A DNA stretch of 64,000 nucleotides, taken from Eledone cirrhosa (lineage: Eukaryota). Under the pieces are notes generated by a model. It was not told the origin of the DNA, did no database searches, and saw nothing but the letters and a program-made list of their open reading frames with translations. Positions 42,358 through 60,120 of the stretch are shown here, piece after piece; position 1 is the first letter of the stretch, and each line of letters opens with the position of its first letter. Made by a program: the position numbers and the translations under genes. The stretch spans positions 271,374,001-271,438,000 of the forward strand of contig OZ024740.1 in assembly GCA_964016885.1 (NCBI GenBank), in the 5' to 3' direction.

Positions 42358-44240
42358 ATCCTGTTGAGGGTCTTTGCCACAAGTGACGTCAGTGAGATCC
42401 CCCTGTCGTTGTTGGTGCTAGAGAGATCTCCCTTCCTTGGCACTGGGACGATGTTACAGATCCTACATTGGTTCGGGGTAACTCCTTTCTCCAGTGCCTG
42501 GTTACAGAACTCCAGGATGGTATCATCAAAATCACACCTCTTTATCACCTCTGATGCCACTCCATCTTCTCCATGAGCCTTACCCTCCTTGATCTTTTTC
42601 TTGGTTCTCTGAAGCTCCTCTCTGGCGAAGGGTCCTGTCTCAATATCCAGTTCTTCAAACATCTGCCTGATCTCCCCAGTGTTCTGGGCTGTGGAAGGCG
42701 GCTATCCCATTTGGGTCTTAAAATGTTCCAGCCATTTCCTCTTCCTAACCTCGGGCCCTGTTCCTTGGATCTGACTCGAACGCCCACTCTTCCTCCCTGT
42801 GATCTCGTCGATGATCATCCAGCTCTCCTTACACCCAGACCTGTCAACCGCTCTCTCCACACTTCTGATCTTCTCTATCAGCGCCTCCTCTCTGGCCTCA
42901 GTGTAAGCGGTACAGAGTTCTTCCTTCATCGCCTCCATATTCTCCTTCCTCTCCTCCGTAGGATCAACATGGAATTGGTCCTTGGCAGCTTTCAGGTGTT
43001 CCCTAGCACGCACTTTTGGGTCTTCAGAGCTGCCGTTCTACCTCTTCTTCTCTCTCCTCGGCACCAGGGGCTCACTTGCTTCTGCCACTGCAGTAGTGAA
43101 GTATCCATACCTCCTCGTCACACTCTCCTCAGTCCCTCCAATCTCTCTCTCCTCTGCCTCTCTACACAGAGCACTGAACCTGTTCCTCACTTCTACTGTG
43201 TACCTCTCCTGTAGCTTATCATCTTCCTTGAAACTCCCCAGTCATAGATTGCTCTCCGGGGCTGAGCCTTACTCTTTCTTAAGCTCACCCGGACTTCACT
43301 CATAATAAGCCGGTGGTTACTGCCCAGTGTACTGAACTAGTTGTATGGTTCTGTGTTCAGAACACTATTCTGCCACTTCCTCCCCACCAGAATGAAATCA
43401 ACCTGGGACTTGGACAGGTGCATATCAGAGATGTAGGTCCACATCTTCCCTGAATTCTTCCTAAACCTTAGGCTGGTTGCCAACAAGTTTGCCTTCAGTA
43501 GGATGTCCCTCAGTAGTCTCTCATTTCGGTTTGCGTTATGGAAGTACCAGCAAGGATCTTCACTGCACTCCTTACTCAGATGTGTATTGAAGTCACCCAG
43601 AACAAGTAGGGTGTTATGAGATGGTGTGATGTTGACAGATGTACACACTCCTCATGGAACTCCTCTGCATTCACATCACTGTCCCCCTCGGTTGAAATGA
43701 CTGTCAGCCTTGGGTTTCCATTGAAGGTCGCCCTCACCACTCACCGGGAGACATGTATAATTTCCCTCGGCAATAGATTGACTCTTACCCTGAACACAAA
43801 ACCCACTCCTCCTACTACAGCATTGGCTCATCTTTCCAATGTAGAATCCTGTGTTCTTGGATCGCAAGTATCTGCATACCACTCTCCTTGAACAGATGCC
43901 CCAACTCCTCCTCTTCTCCAGCGTCCGAACAGTCCTCACATTCAGAGTGCCGATTTAATGGCTCTTCTGCAGGACAAAACTATATTCTTTATATTTGTCT
44001 CAAAGACAGCTGATCCATCATCCACTGGCCCTCCCTGTGGCTCTAAAACAGCAGAGTCATAACGACCAGACTTCTCCTTGACAGTGTAGTTAAGGGCTCT
44101 AACCCTAGTGCTGTTAAATACACTTTCCATGGTTCTTTTCAATGACTGATAATACCTTACCGGCGCCACTCAAGTAAGGTAATTATTTAACCCACATTCC
44201 CCCCACAGCGCCTGAACTCCCGAACTGGAGCTTTTCCACT
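42358..44240 (-). mobile_element. Inverted 5' part of a decayed RTE-like LINE (5' UTR, APE endonuclease, start of RT)
   Basis: Minus-strand fragments TLNVRTV, VLGDFNTHL, WTY..SKSQVDFILV, KIKEGKAHGEDGV, IVPVPRKGDLSSTNNDRGISLTSLVAKTLNR, with frameshifts and stops. Confidence 0.88.
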
Positions 44241-44244
44241 GGAT

Positions 44245-45060
44245 GCAGGACTCTGGCTTTACTGTAACACTGGCTCAGAGCAGGAGAGTTAAGGCTTAAA
44301 AGATATCAGATGCTGAATTTGCTGGCGACATAGTTCTGGTGAAGGGGGTTGAGGAGTTGATGCAGGAGGTGGAGACTGTGACGATGGGTGTGGGACTGAG
44401 AATCAATGAGATTAATATGAAATATCTGGTAGAGAACATTAAGAAGCCAGAGAAGATTATGAATGTAGGCAGGAAGCCGCTAGAGTTGGTTGAGGACTTC
44501 CTGTATCTGGGAGCAAAGATTAGGAACACAGAGGATGATGTGGTTGAGAGGAAGAGCAAAGCCTGGGCAGCGCGCCACAGTTTGAGATTGGTGTGGAAGT
44601 CGGACCTTCGTAAAGACCTGAAGATCCGTCTCTTCGTTGCTACAGTGGAGTCTGTGCTACTGTACGGGTCTGAGTCTTGGACACTGACCAAGAAACTCAT
44701 TCAGATGGTGGATGGGTGCTACATGAGAATGCTGAGGATGGCTCTGAACATTAATCAGTATACACTGAGGATGAAGAACTCAGAGCTGTACGGGAGCCTC
44801 CCAAATGTCAGCTTGAAAGTAACACAGGGGAGACTGAGGTTAGCTGGACATGCTCACCGACATACAGAGTTGACACTGCACTCAGTGCTCCTGTGGGAGC
44901 CCCTACACGGACACACTAGAAGAGGGAGACCGAGATTGACATATATTGACGCCCTAAGGAAATACACTGGTCTCTGAGAAATGCAGGACATGGCGGCGAT
45001 GATGAAGGACAGAGACCGCTGGAGAGAACTCGCCCATGGATCTCGGGAATTTTACTCACA
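44245..45060 (+). mobile_element. 3' part of the same RTE-like LINE (end of RT and C-terminal region), ending in (TA)n
   Basis: SRRVKA*KISDAEFAGDI (degenerate FADD), DFLYLG, LKIRLFVATVESVLLYGSESWTL, RLRLAGH, RGRPRLTYID (ORF 44339-44977). Confidence 0.9.
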
Positions 45061-45061
45061 C

Positions 45062-45159
<98 letters not shown>

Positions 45160-45489
45160 AATATATACATATATATATATACCCAAGTACCCATCTCCAC
45201 AGTCAATGTGCCCTTCACTGTGGCAGGTGCAGAGGAGGGCAATAAACCCACCCTGATTGAAAGTGTATGGGGATGGTGTGTGTATGTATATGTGTGTGTG
45301 GTACCCGGATGTGAAAGATTCAAAGCTTCATCTATTCACAAATAGTATGTGTGGGCGCCTTGTCTTTATATTGGTCTGTCGTTGAATTTAAGAGAACAAA
45401 GTACTGTAGTGAACCCGGTTAGTAAATCTTACAAATTACGCCACACAGTTACACGGTTACACCACGTAATTTGACTGCAGCGCAAATAT

Positions 45490-48833
<3,344 letters not shown>

Positions 48834-49014
48834 GGCTTCTACAGCACTAAAACTCTTTCATTCGAAGAAAATCATCAGGAATGATGACTTTCTTCGAATG
48901 AAACAGTTGTAGTCCTGTAGAAGCCATTTCTATATTAAATTTTGTATATACTCTACTAAAGTATTGAGTAACTTACTTACTGTGGTTACCCCCCGATTGA
49001 GCCCGTAACACACA

Positions 49015-49059
<45 letters not shown>

Positions 49060-49103
49060 ACACACACGTACACACACAAACACACACACACACACACACA
49101 CAC

Positions 49104-49142
<39 letters not shown>

Positions 49143-49706
49143 TAATTTAATATAGAAATGACTTCTACAGGACTAGAGCTGTTTCATTCGTGTTAAATCA
49201 TTAGGAAGTCATCATAGAAGTCATTTCTATATTAGATAATGATGCTAATGCATTGAGTACCTTTTTTTGTAAGAGGGGTTACCCCGATATTACTTGGGAT
49301 CTACATATATATATATATGTGTGTGTGTGTGTGTTTATATGTGAGTCGCTCATCCGTCGAGGTCCACAATGAGTTTTTCAATTGTCCGAATAACGAAACA
49401 ACCTCGTGCAACTGGCTGAACATTCTCTAGGCATGTGCGCTTTTGCTTTATTTCTCAGGAAGATTCAGCATGGTACAGAATAGGAAAATGCTGGCACTTT
49501 CAATTACACTCCTTTCTATCTAATTGAATGACCTTGGACTTAAAACAACGTGAAAATAAAGTTTCTTTCTCAAGGACCCAACCAACGCAACGCAATGAAT
49601 CGAACTCGCGATTATGAGCCGAACACCCTCGTCACTAAGACATGCGCCTGCACCGCATTATATGTTTGTGAATCTGTCTCTTTGTATGTGTGTCTGTGTG
49701 TTTGTC

Positions 49707-49745
<39 letters not shown>

Positions 49746-49753
49746 GTGTATGT

Positions 49754-49784
<31 letters not shown>

Positions 49785-49990
49785 GGTGTGTGTGTGTGTG
49801 TGTGTGTGTGTGTCCGGTTCTACATTCTTTTTTTCTTTTCATTTTAGACTCATTCAACCGCGTGTTCGTTTTTTCTGAACCTGTATTCTTAAGACGTCGT
49901 TAGTTCAGTGAAATATTGCGTAGATGTTACGCAATATTTATCCTCGTTTGAGGCAATGTACTTCAAAAATACACACCAGGGAAGGATAAG

Positions 49991-50070
<80 letters not shown>

Positions 50071-50335
50071 GTTATTCCGGGTTGAGTCGGAGGTAATCAC
50101 AGTAAGTAAGGTACTCAATACATTGCAGAGTATATAAGTTTTAATATAGATGAGATTCTACAGGACTAGAACTGTTTCATTAGAAACCTATTTTTGTCCT
50201 TAATTTATTTGATTAATTTTTTTCGTTTGATTTCTAAAGAATGAAACAGTTCTAGTCCTGTAGAATCTCATCTATATTAAAACTTATATATATATATATA
50301 TATATATATGCGTGTGTATATATATATATGTATGT

Positions 50336-50403
<68 letters not shown>

Positions 50404-50972
50404 ATTATTATGTAATATACAACATAAGGCAATTATTCCATTTACCAGTGGTTTCTTAAAAGCAAAAGGTTTTGCTTTCAATCCTCAGAATGAAAAAATC
50501 CTGGTTATATATATATATATGAGTCCCGGGTTCAATCGGGGGTAGCCACCGTTCTAGTCCTGTAGAAGCCATTTCTATATTAAATTTTGTTATATATATA
50601 TTTATTAAAATAACAGATTAAAGTTTATGCCCTCTTTGGATTTTAGTCTTCAAATTTATTATTATTACTATATATATAGATAGATAGGTATGTATGTATG
50701 TATGTATGTATGTATGTATGTATGTATGTATGTATGTATGTATGTATGTATGTATGTATGTGTGTATGTGTGTATGTACGTATATACGTATATACATATA
50801 TGTATGTATGTGTGTATATGTGTATATGTCTGTGTGTGTGTATGTGTGTTTGTGTGTGTAGAGGTATGCATGAATGTATATATGTGTGAGTGTGCGTGTG
50901 TGTATATTTGTGCGTGCGTGCGTGCGTGCGTGTTCACAAATAAAAGAATTGTATTGAAGCAAACACGATACA

Positions 50973-51586
50973 CAGGGGCGGTGGAAACATTTCTGAATGA
51001 GGAAGGGGGCAAATTTAGACAATTTAGTTGTGTTTAGCTGTTAGATAGAGCTCAAATCCCGCCGAGGTTGACTTTGCCTTTCATCCTTACGGGGTCGATA
51101 AAATAAAGTACCAGTAATGCACTGGGTATTTGCTGGCCTTGTGCCTAAAGTAGAAACAATTATCAAATATCAACCAAGAGCGGTGGATTGGCAGTATCGG
51201 TAGAGGGTCAGACACCATGCTTTGACGCATAGAGTTACGGCCCTTTATAATTTGAGTTCAAAGCCCGCCGACGTTAAATTTGCCTTTCATCCTTACGGGG
51301 GTCGATAAAATAAAGTACCACTCACGCACTGGGTCAATTTCATCGACTTCCCCCTCCCCCCTCCTCCCCCCCAATTACTGGCCTTGTGCCTATATAAGAA
51401 AAACATTACCAAATATCAACCAAGATATATAAAAAAAATTCGATATGCGATAAACATAACATGTACATAAATTGTAGCGTATGTATAAACAGATGTGTGT
51501 TTTGCTAGTTTGGGGAGAAAAACATAATTATTGGGGGGGTGGGGTCATTGTGCCCTCTGCTCTCACCCCCAGTTCCACCGCTTCTG
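50973..51586 (+). mobile_element. MITE with nested SINEs; second copy in opposite orientation at 59164-59763
   Basis: TIRs CAGGGGCGGTGGAA / TTCCACCGCTTCTG; internal 51440-51586 is the reverse complement of about 59164-59308. Confidence 0.75.
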
Positions 51587-51719
51587 ATACATACATACAT
51601 ACATACATACATACATACATGCACTGACAGATTTTTTTTTTTTGTATGTTCGTTCCCGCTGTCTGACATAGCTACATAGTTGTTTTGTATCAAGTCATAC
51701 TACTACTACTACTACTACC

Positions 51720-51751
<32 letters not shown>

Positions 51752-52094
51752 AAGCTTATTTGCCAATTATTAGTGTATTTTATTTCAGGTAGTTAAAGGC
51801 TTTTTTTTTGTTTTTCTTCTACTAAACGTAGAAACCTATTTTTGTCCTTAATTTATTTGATTAATTTTTTTCGTTTTATTTCATAATGCAACTCTTCTGC
51901 CCCTCTCTCCCTCCCTCCCTCCCTCTCCCTCTCTCCCTCCCTCCCTCCCTCTCCCTCTCTCTCCCTCCCTCCCTCCCTCTCTCTCTCTCTCCCCCTCCCT
52001 CTCTCCCTCTCTCTCTCTCTCCCTCTCTCTCTCGCTCCTGTTTTAAGAGCTTGTGTAGTGTGTAAAATATATTGAAAGTCTTCTCTAGTATATA

Positions 52095-52149
<55 letters not shown>

Positions 52150-52172
52150 CATATATATATATATATATAAAT

Positions 52173-52213
<41 letters not shown>

Positions 52214-53307
52214 ATATTTGGGGAGGGTCATATTGTTATAACATTCCCAGAAATGAGAGAGAGAGAGGGGGGGTGAGAGAGACAGAGAGAGGAAGGAGGG
52301 GGAGAGAGAGAGAAAGGCAGGTATGACTGAGCGTTTAAGGCGTTCGCTTTGTAACCACGTGGTTTTCAGTTCAGTCCCGCTTCGTGGCACCTTGAACAAG
52401 TATCTCGACGCGCGAAATACGTAACTCCCAGTCATTCCATGTAAATGTATCAGCGTCTGTATTTAGCTTTGTGTCTGTCTTGTATTTACGTCCCGTAACC
52501 TGTCGGTTCAACAACAACAACAAAAAGAAATCGATAAAATAAGTAGTGGAGTCGATATGATTGACTAAATCAGCGCGTTGCCCCAGAATGACCGCAGTCT
52601 AGTGACTGGAACAAGGAAAAAAAGGAATATTTACAATGACGCTCTATCGATAAATCAGTTTTTACCAGTGTTTATTCATTTGGAATTTTATTTCGTCATA
52701 CATGACATGGATATATTTTCTTTCTTTTTTTTTTTCTTCTTCATTCTATTTTCTCCTGTGTGGGTGGGGCAGTTGTTTTTCCTTTTCATTCAGTATGTAT
52801 TTTGTTTTCTTTCTTCCTTACCGTTTACTTACAATACCGTCTTTTTTTTTTCTCCACGGTGGATTTACGATAGATACCTTATGTATTATATGAATGACTG
52901 AAAGTTACGTATTTCGCGCATGGAAGATATGTTTTCGTAACTAACTAAACGTCAATTTCCTTTAACCAAAAAACTTGTGGGGTAAATCAAAACTTTCAAA
53001 TGTATTTGAAAAGTTATTTTTCATTAATATTTTTTTTTGTTTTTTTTTTTCAATTTTATTTTATGACCTCAGTAATGGAAGAATTATTACTATTAATTAT
53101 TGAGAAAATTATTGATTGGAAAATATTAGATTCTATATTTTATAAATCAATCTATAAACCAGTTTGGGGCTTTTGTATACAAAATCTTAAGGATTTTTAT
53201 CAATATATATTTTTTTATGGTCTCAGTCACTTGACTATTACCGTGTAAAACGTTCAAAGAATTAAACAATGTTCGATAAGCCGAATTTTCGGCTTTTGAA
53301 ACGCTGA

Positions 53308-53360
<53 letters not shown>

Positions 53361-53410
53361 TAGAAATATATAGAACTGAGAACTGTTTCATTCGGGAGAA
53401 ATGATCAGGT

Positions 53411-53457
53411 CTTCCTGATGATTTCTCCCAAATGAAACAGTTCTAGTCCTGTAGAAG
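53411..53457 (+). ncRNA. Type I hammerhead motif (family A); related copies at 964-1010 (-) and about 48837-48882 (-)
   Basis: CTTC-CTGATGA-TTTCTCCC(A/G)AAT-GAA-ACAG ttctagtc CTGT-A-GAAG. Confidence 0.75.
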
Positions 53458-53530
53458 CCATTTCTATATTAAATATTTATACTCTGCTATGTATTGAGTA
53501 CCTTACTTATTGTGGTTACCCCCGATTGGC

Positions 53531-53574
<44 letters not shown>

Positions 53575-54200
53575 TATAAAGAACGTACTCAAGCGCAGAA
53601 ATGCTATAAAGATACCTTATAAAATAAGGTGCGAAGACCTTTAAAAGACGGGGAAAAAAGTTGCGATCGGCCGCTGTGAGTAATTGAACTTCAGGGTTCA
53701 ATTACCTCAGACTCCTCATAGCAGCAGATGGCAACCCCTTTTTCCATCTTCTTTTTTTCACCTAACATTTCTGCGCTTGACCACTTTCTTTATACTAATA
53801 TATGTTACAAGAATGTTTAAGGCATACTGACTTCAGATCAGATTTCAATCTGGGTCCTATTCAATCGATCTTTCGTTGTTATTATTATTGTCGGATATTG
53901 GGTCGATTTAACCGACTTTCCCCGCCTCTAAAATTGTTGGCCTTCTGCTTAAATCATAAACCATTTTCAAATCCCGCCGAGGTTGACTTTGCCTTTCATC
54001 CTTACGGGTCGATAAAATAAAGTACCAGTAATGCACTGGGTGATTGCTGGCCTTGTGCCTAAAGTAGAAACAATTATTACTATTATTGTTATTTAATTTA
54101 TTATTTTTAATTAACAGTATATTGGGGTGGGGTCATTATTGTTTACGTGGTTTAATACAACAGATATCTATTTAATATTCACCGGAATGGAGGCTACAAG

Positions 54201-54262
<62 letters not shown>

Positions 54263-54269
54263 TATATAC

Positions 54270-54326
<57 letters not shown>

Positions 54327-54551
54327 TTATATATATATATATATTTATTTATTTATTAAAATAACAGATTAAAGTTTAAGCAAAGAATCGCTGCTTATTC
54401 AATCTTTGGATTTTAGTCTTCAATTTTATTATTATTATTATTATTAAAATCCCGCCGAGGTTAACTTTGCCTTTCATCCTTACGGGGTCGATAAAATAAA
54501 GTACCAGTAATGTACTGAGTAATTTCTGGCCTTGTGCCAATAGTAGAAACA

Positions 54552-54649
<98 letters not shown>

Positions 54650-54690
54650 AATACACACATAAATACATACATATATATGTGTGTGTGTGT

Positions 54691-54735
<45 letters not shown>

Positions 54736-54821
54736 AGAACACAAAGAAATGAAACCGACCAAAGTTACGTACACATGCCATGTGACTTTCGCTGAATAAC
54801 ATTTTCGGAAATCTGTGAGTG

Positions 54822-54907
<86 letters not shown>

Positions 54908-55657
54908 GCCTTGATTCTTCTATTATAAATATATATGTCAGTGCATATGTTTATAACAAAAAACTAAAAAGCTACTTAAGTTTTTACTATCGTCTAAATA
55001 ATTGCGGTTGTTTTTGTTGACAATACAAATAGTCTCCATTGTAGCTTTTCATTTAACTTAAATTTTTTCTTTTACTTTTTCCTTCTTCTTCTTTCAATGT
55101 TTTTGTTGTTGTTCTTGTTGTTGTTGTTTTGGGTGTGAGCTTTTTTTTCTCTTTTGAAGTCATTGATGACGAAAGCGTAATATCGACCAGCCATCGCCTG
55201 TTTAAAATGAAATTAAACCTATCTTGTTACTAGTAAACTCTAACACCTCTCAGGTCAGTCATGGTCGATCCTAGACACTTTTTTTTTCTCATTTTTTTTT
55301 AGGATAGACAGGGTTATAGTTTGAAAGTTGTTTAGCGTGTACTGATTCTCTAGTTATTATTGTTGCTGTTATTGTGCCTAGATTTTAAAAGGGCGGTGGA
55401 TTGGCAGTATCGGTAGAGAGTCGGACACCATGCTTTGCAGCATAGAGTTACGGCCCTTTGCGGTCTAATTTCAAATCCCTCCGAGGTTAACTTTGCCTTT
55501 CATCCTTACAGGGTCGATAAAATAAAGTACCAGTAACGTACAGAGTTCGATTTAATCGACTTTCCCCTTCTCCCCCAAATTACTGACCTTGTGCCTATAC
55601 TAGAAATCACTATTGCTGTTATTTTTGTTGTTGTGGTTGTTGTTGTTGTTGTTGTAA

Positions 55658-55688
<31 letters not shown>

Positions 55689-55958
55689 CTATATTTTTAT
55701 GTAAGTCATTGGTACGCTCTATTCTAGTAGCCAATCCCTTTACCGTCTTGAAAGTGGCAAACACGTCGCTTTAATCTCGGCCATGTTGTACATCCAATAA
55801 GGTCCGGTCAGAATAAAATGTAAATGGGCGGGGAGTGAGTGCTACTTAACAACAACAATAACAACATCAACGTTATCGTATAAACTTACGAATAAGCCTC
55901 TACGTTGAGACATACACACATACACACACACACACACATACACACACACACTCACAAC

Positions 55959-56006
<48 letters not shown>

Positions 56007-56402
56007 TACACACAAACACACACACACACTCACAAACACGCACACACACTGACAAACACACACACACACTGAACAAACAAACACACACACACACATATAC
56101 ACACACACTCACAAACACACACACTCACAAACACACACACACACACACAAACATACACACGCACTCACAAACACACACAAACACACACATATACACACAT
56201 ATACACATATATGTATGTATATTATTTTGGCAGTATCGGTAGAGCGTCAGACACTATGTTTTGCAGCATAGTTATGGCCCTTTACGTTCTAAGTTCAAAT
56301 CCAGCCGAGGTTAACTTTGCTTTTCATCCTTACGGGGTCGATAAAATAAAGTACCAGTAATACACTGTGATAATTGCTGGCCTTGTGCCATAAGTAGAAA
56401 CA

Positions 56403-56664
56403 ATTATTTTAAGAGATGTAGGCCCTATAGTCAAGGTTTAAACTGTATCACAATTAATAACACACGCATACACACACACACGCATACATACACACACACA
56501 CACACACACATACACACACATACACATACACATACACACACATACACAGACACACACACAGACACACACACAGACACACACACAGAGACACACACACATA
56601 CACACAGACACACACACACATACACACATACACACAGACACACACACACACATACACACAGAGA

Positions 56665-56718
<54 letters not shown>

Positions 56719-56977
56719 TATGTGTGTGTATGTATATTATTTTAAGAGAAGTAGGCCCTATAGTCAAGGTTTAAACTGTCACAATTAATAACACATACAC
56801 AAATACACACACACATACACACACGCATACTCACACATATACACACACACACACATACACACACACATATATATATGTATGTATATTATTTTAAGAGACG
56901 TAGTCAAGGTTTAAACTGTCACAATTAATAACATACACACACACATACTCACACACACATATATACACACATATACA

Positions 56978-57018
<41 letters not shown>

Positions 57019-57098
57019 TCACACACACATATATACACACATACACACACACACACACACATACACACAGACACACACACACACACACACACATACAC

Positions 57099-57129
<31 letters not shown>

Positions 57130-57131
57130 AA

Positions 57132-57215
<84 letters not shown>
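56403..57215. repeat. Triplicated unit: about 55-bp unique core plus a CA-rich microsatellite
   Basis: ATTATTTTAAGAGA..TAGTCAAGGTTTAAACTGT(AT)CACAATTAATAACA at about 56403, 56735 and 56885. Confidence 0.85.
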
Positions 57216-57220
<5 letters not shown>

Positions 57221-57417
57221 ACAGCCTACATTGTTACGAAGCTGGTATAAATATCTCACAACTAAAGTCACCTAAACAGAGTTTTACAAACTGAAACACG
57301 GGAAAGTTTGTTTACTTTGTTACATAATGATGACAAGGCAAACCAGCACGGGAGCCTTTGTGCTTGAAATAGCAGCCAAATCTCCTTCAATTTTCACCCT
57401 GCCATCATAAAAATGCC

Positions 57418-57448
<31 letters not shown>

Positions 57449-57506
57449 CGTGTGTGTGTATGTATCTATATATATGTATGTATCTATATATATATATATA
57501 TATATG

Positions 57507-57554
<48 letters not shown>

Positions 57555-57599
57555 TATATGTATATATATATATATATATACATACATATATATATATAG

Positions 57600-57700
<101 letters not shown>

Positions 57701-57763
57701 CATATATATATAGATACATACATATATATATAGATACATACATACACACACACGCACATTTTC

Positions 57764-57811
<48 letters not shown>

Positions 57812-57838
57812 ATATATGTACATATATATATACGTATG

Positions 57839-57895
<57 letters not shown>

Positions 57896-58073
57896 ATGTA
57901 TATATATGTATATATGTGTGTATATATATAAACAAAAGATGGTTAAAAGAGTTCCATGTATTTTAACCATCTTTTGTTCTTATATATTATATATACTCCA
58001 GTCCTACAAACTGCAGAGTGCTTCTTATCCGATATCTGCATTGCTTTATTGTACTACAATAAAACTCACCTCC

Positions 58074-58145
<72 letters not shown>

Positions 58146-59317
58146 AATATATATATATACAAATATATGTATGTATATATATATATATATACTGGATAAC
58201 CGCGTTCTGGATATATTATTCGTTCTGATATGATGCACATGGTTACATTCTTTAAACGAGAGTATACCTCATTAGATTTCCCTCGGTACTAAACAGGTTC
58301 ATTTTTATTTTTTATTTCTCTTTCTCTTTCTCTTTCTCTTTTTCTTTTTCTTTTTCATTTTCTTTTTCTTTTTCTTTTTTTTTTAACTCGGTGGAATGTA
58401 AGGCTTTCAATATTTGAATTTAGAAGTCAGAAAAGAAAATCAAGTGGTTAAAGGTTGGAATACCGATCAATCATTGTTGATTCGAGATATTACACAGGTA
58501 TTTGGGGGGGGGGGGGGGTTGTCGAAGCTTGTCATTCGACCGACTTTTTATTTATGTTATAATTGTTTCTACTTTTGGCATAAGGCCAGCAAATACACCA
58601 GTGCATTACTGGTACTTTATTTTACTCTATGCGTAACGGCCCTTGCCATTCTGAGTTCAAATCCCGCCGAGGTTATCTTTGCCTTTCATCCTTACGGGGT
58701 CGATAAAATAAAGTACCAGTAATTATTTATGTAGTAATTAAAGGGTGGTTCTCTTCGATCAGAAGCTTCTACAATAATAACAAGAACAACAACATCAACG
58801 ATGGGAAGTGTCATGCTTAGAATGACCGACAGAACCCAGATTAAATACATAAGTTCATACAGTTAGATTGACAATAACGCGGTAGTTTATATTGGAATAA
58901 CTGGTGGCTGTGAGGTGTTGTGTTTGTATGTTGCTTGAATTAACCTTTGTATTGTATAGAATATCTTATCTCTGTTCGCAACTTCTACCCGAGTACAGCT
59001 ATTAGGGGTGGCAGGAGGTGATAGGAAGCTAACCAACAACAACAATATATATTATTGTATTACATTTGCTTTATTTTCTTGGCTTTTTTTTTTTTTTTTG
59101 CCTTTCTGTCAGTGATTGTTTTGGTAGTTTCTGATGGAATTAGGACCTCTCGAAGATCAGGGCAGGGGCAGTGGAACTGGGGACGGGGGACATGGCCACT
59201 TCCTTCCCCAATAATTATATTTTTCTCCCCAAACTACCAAAACACACATCTGTTTGTATATACGCTACAATTTATGTACATGTGGTGTTTATCGTATATT
59301 GAAGTTTTATATATATA

Positions 59318-59370
<53 letters not shown>

Positions 59371-59374
<4 letters not shown>

Positions 59375-59583
59375 ATAATAATAAATTTGAAGACTAAAAT
59401 CCAAAGAGGGCTCGATAAGGATAAATATATATCAAATATATAAGAACCGTAGAGCAAATATTTATTAAAATAACAGATTAAAGTTTAAGCAAAGAATCGC
59501 TGCTTTCACCCTTAGCGGGATCTTCTGAAACTCTTAAGGGTGAAAGCAGCGATTCTTTGCTTAAACTTCAATCTGTTATTTTA

Positions 59584-59590
<7 letters not shown>
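59371..59590. mobile_element. Fold-back family D; other copies or fragments at about 18890-18950, 25013-25146, 31395-31566, 50601-50669, 54352-54445
   Basis: Shared AAATAACAGATTAAAGTTTAAGCAAAGAATCGCTGC and ATCGAGCCCTCTTTGGATTTTAGTCTTCAAATTTATTATTATTAC; inverted arms about 59457-59514 and 59533-59590. Confidence 0.8.
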
Positions 59591-59635
<45 letters not shown>

Positions 59636-60072
59636 ACTGATATTTGATAATAACAGCTAAATTAATCACTTACAACTAAATTGACCAAATTTTTCCCCCC
59701 ACCACAAACAACACCACCACCACCACCACAACCACCAATTCAGAAATGCTTCCACCGCCCTTGCACGGAATAATATATCTGTAAAAGATTGATTCGACTT
59801 ATCTAAATCGATACAGAGGGATTTAAAAAAAGCAAAGTTGCCCTACTTATCCCACCGATCCAATCATCTCAACGAGATTTCTCTTAAAAATTATGAATGG
59901 AAAGATTCAAATAATGAAAGTTCTAATTAAGTAATCAGCGAGTGAATTATTAAGGATTGGTGGGTTTTTCCCGCCTCAAGGATGCTGGGAAACCTTCAGA
60001 AATATATGATTAGGGATGGTGTGAATATTACTACATGTTTTAAATATTTGCTTCCTGTTACATGAATGAATA

Positions 60073-60120
<48 letters not shown>

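Noticed and set aside
55160-55185. TTGATGACGAAAGCGTAAT as an ultra-minimal hammerhead
   Set aside because: C3 is missing and the stems are too short; expected by chance.
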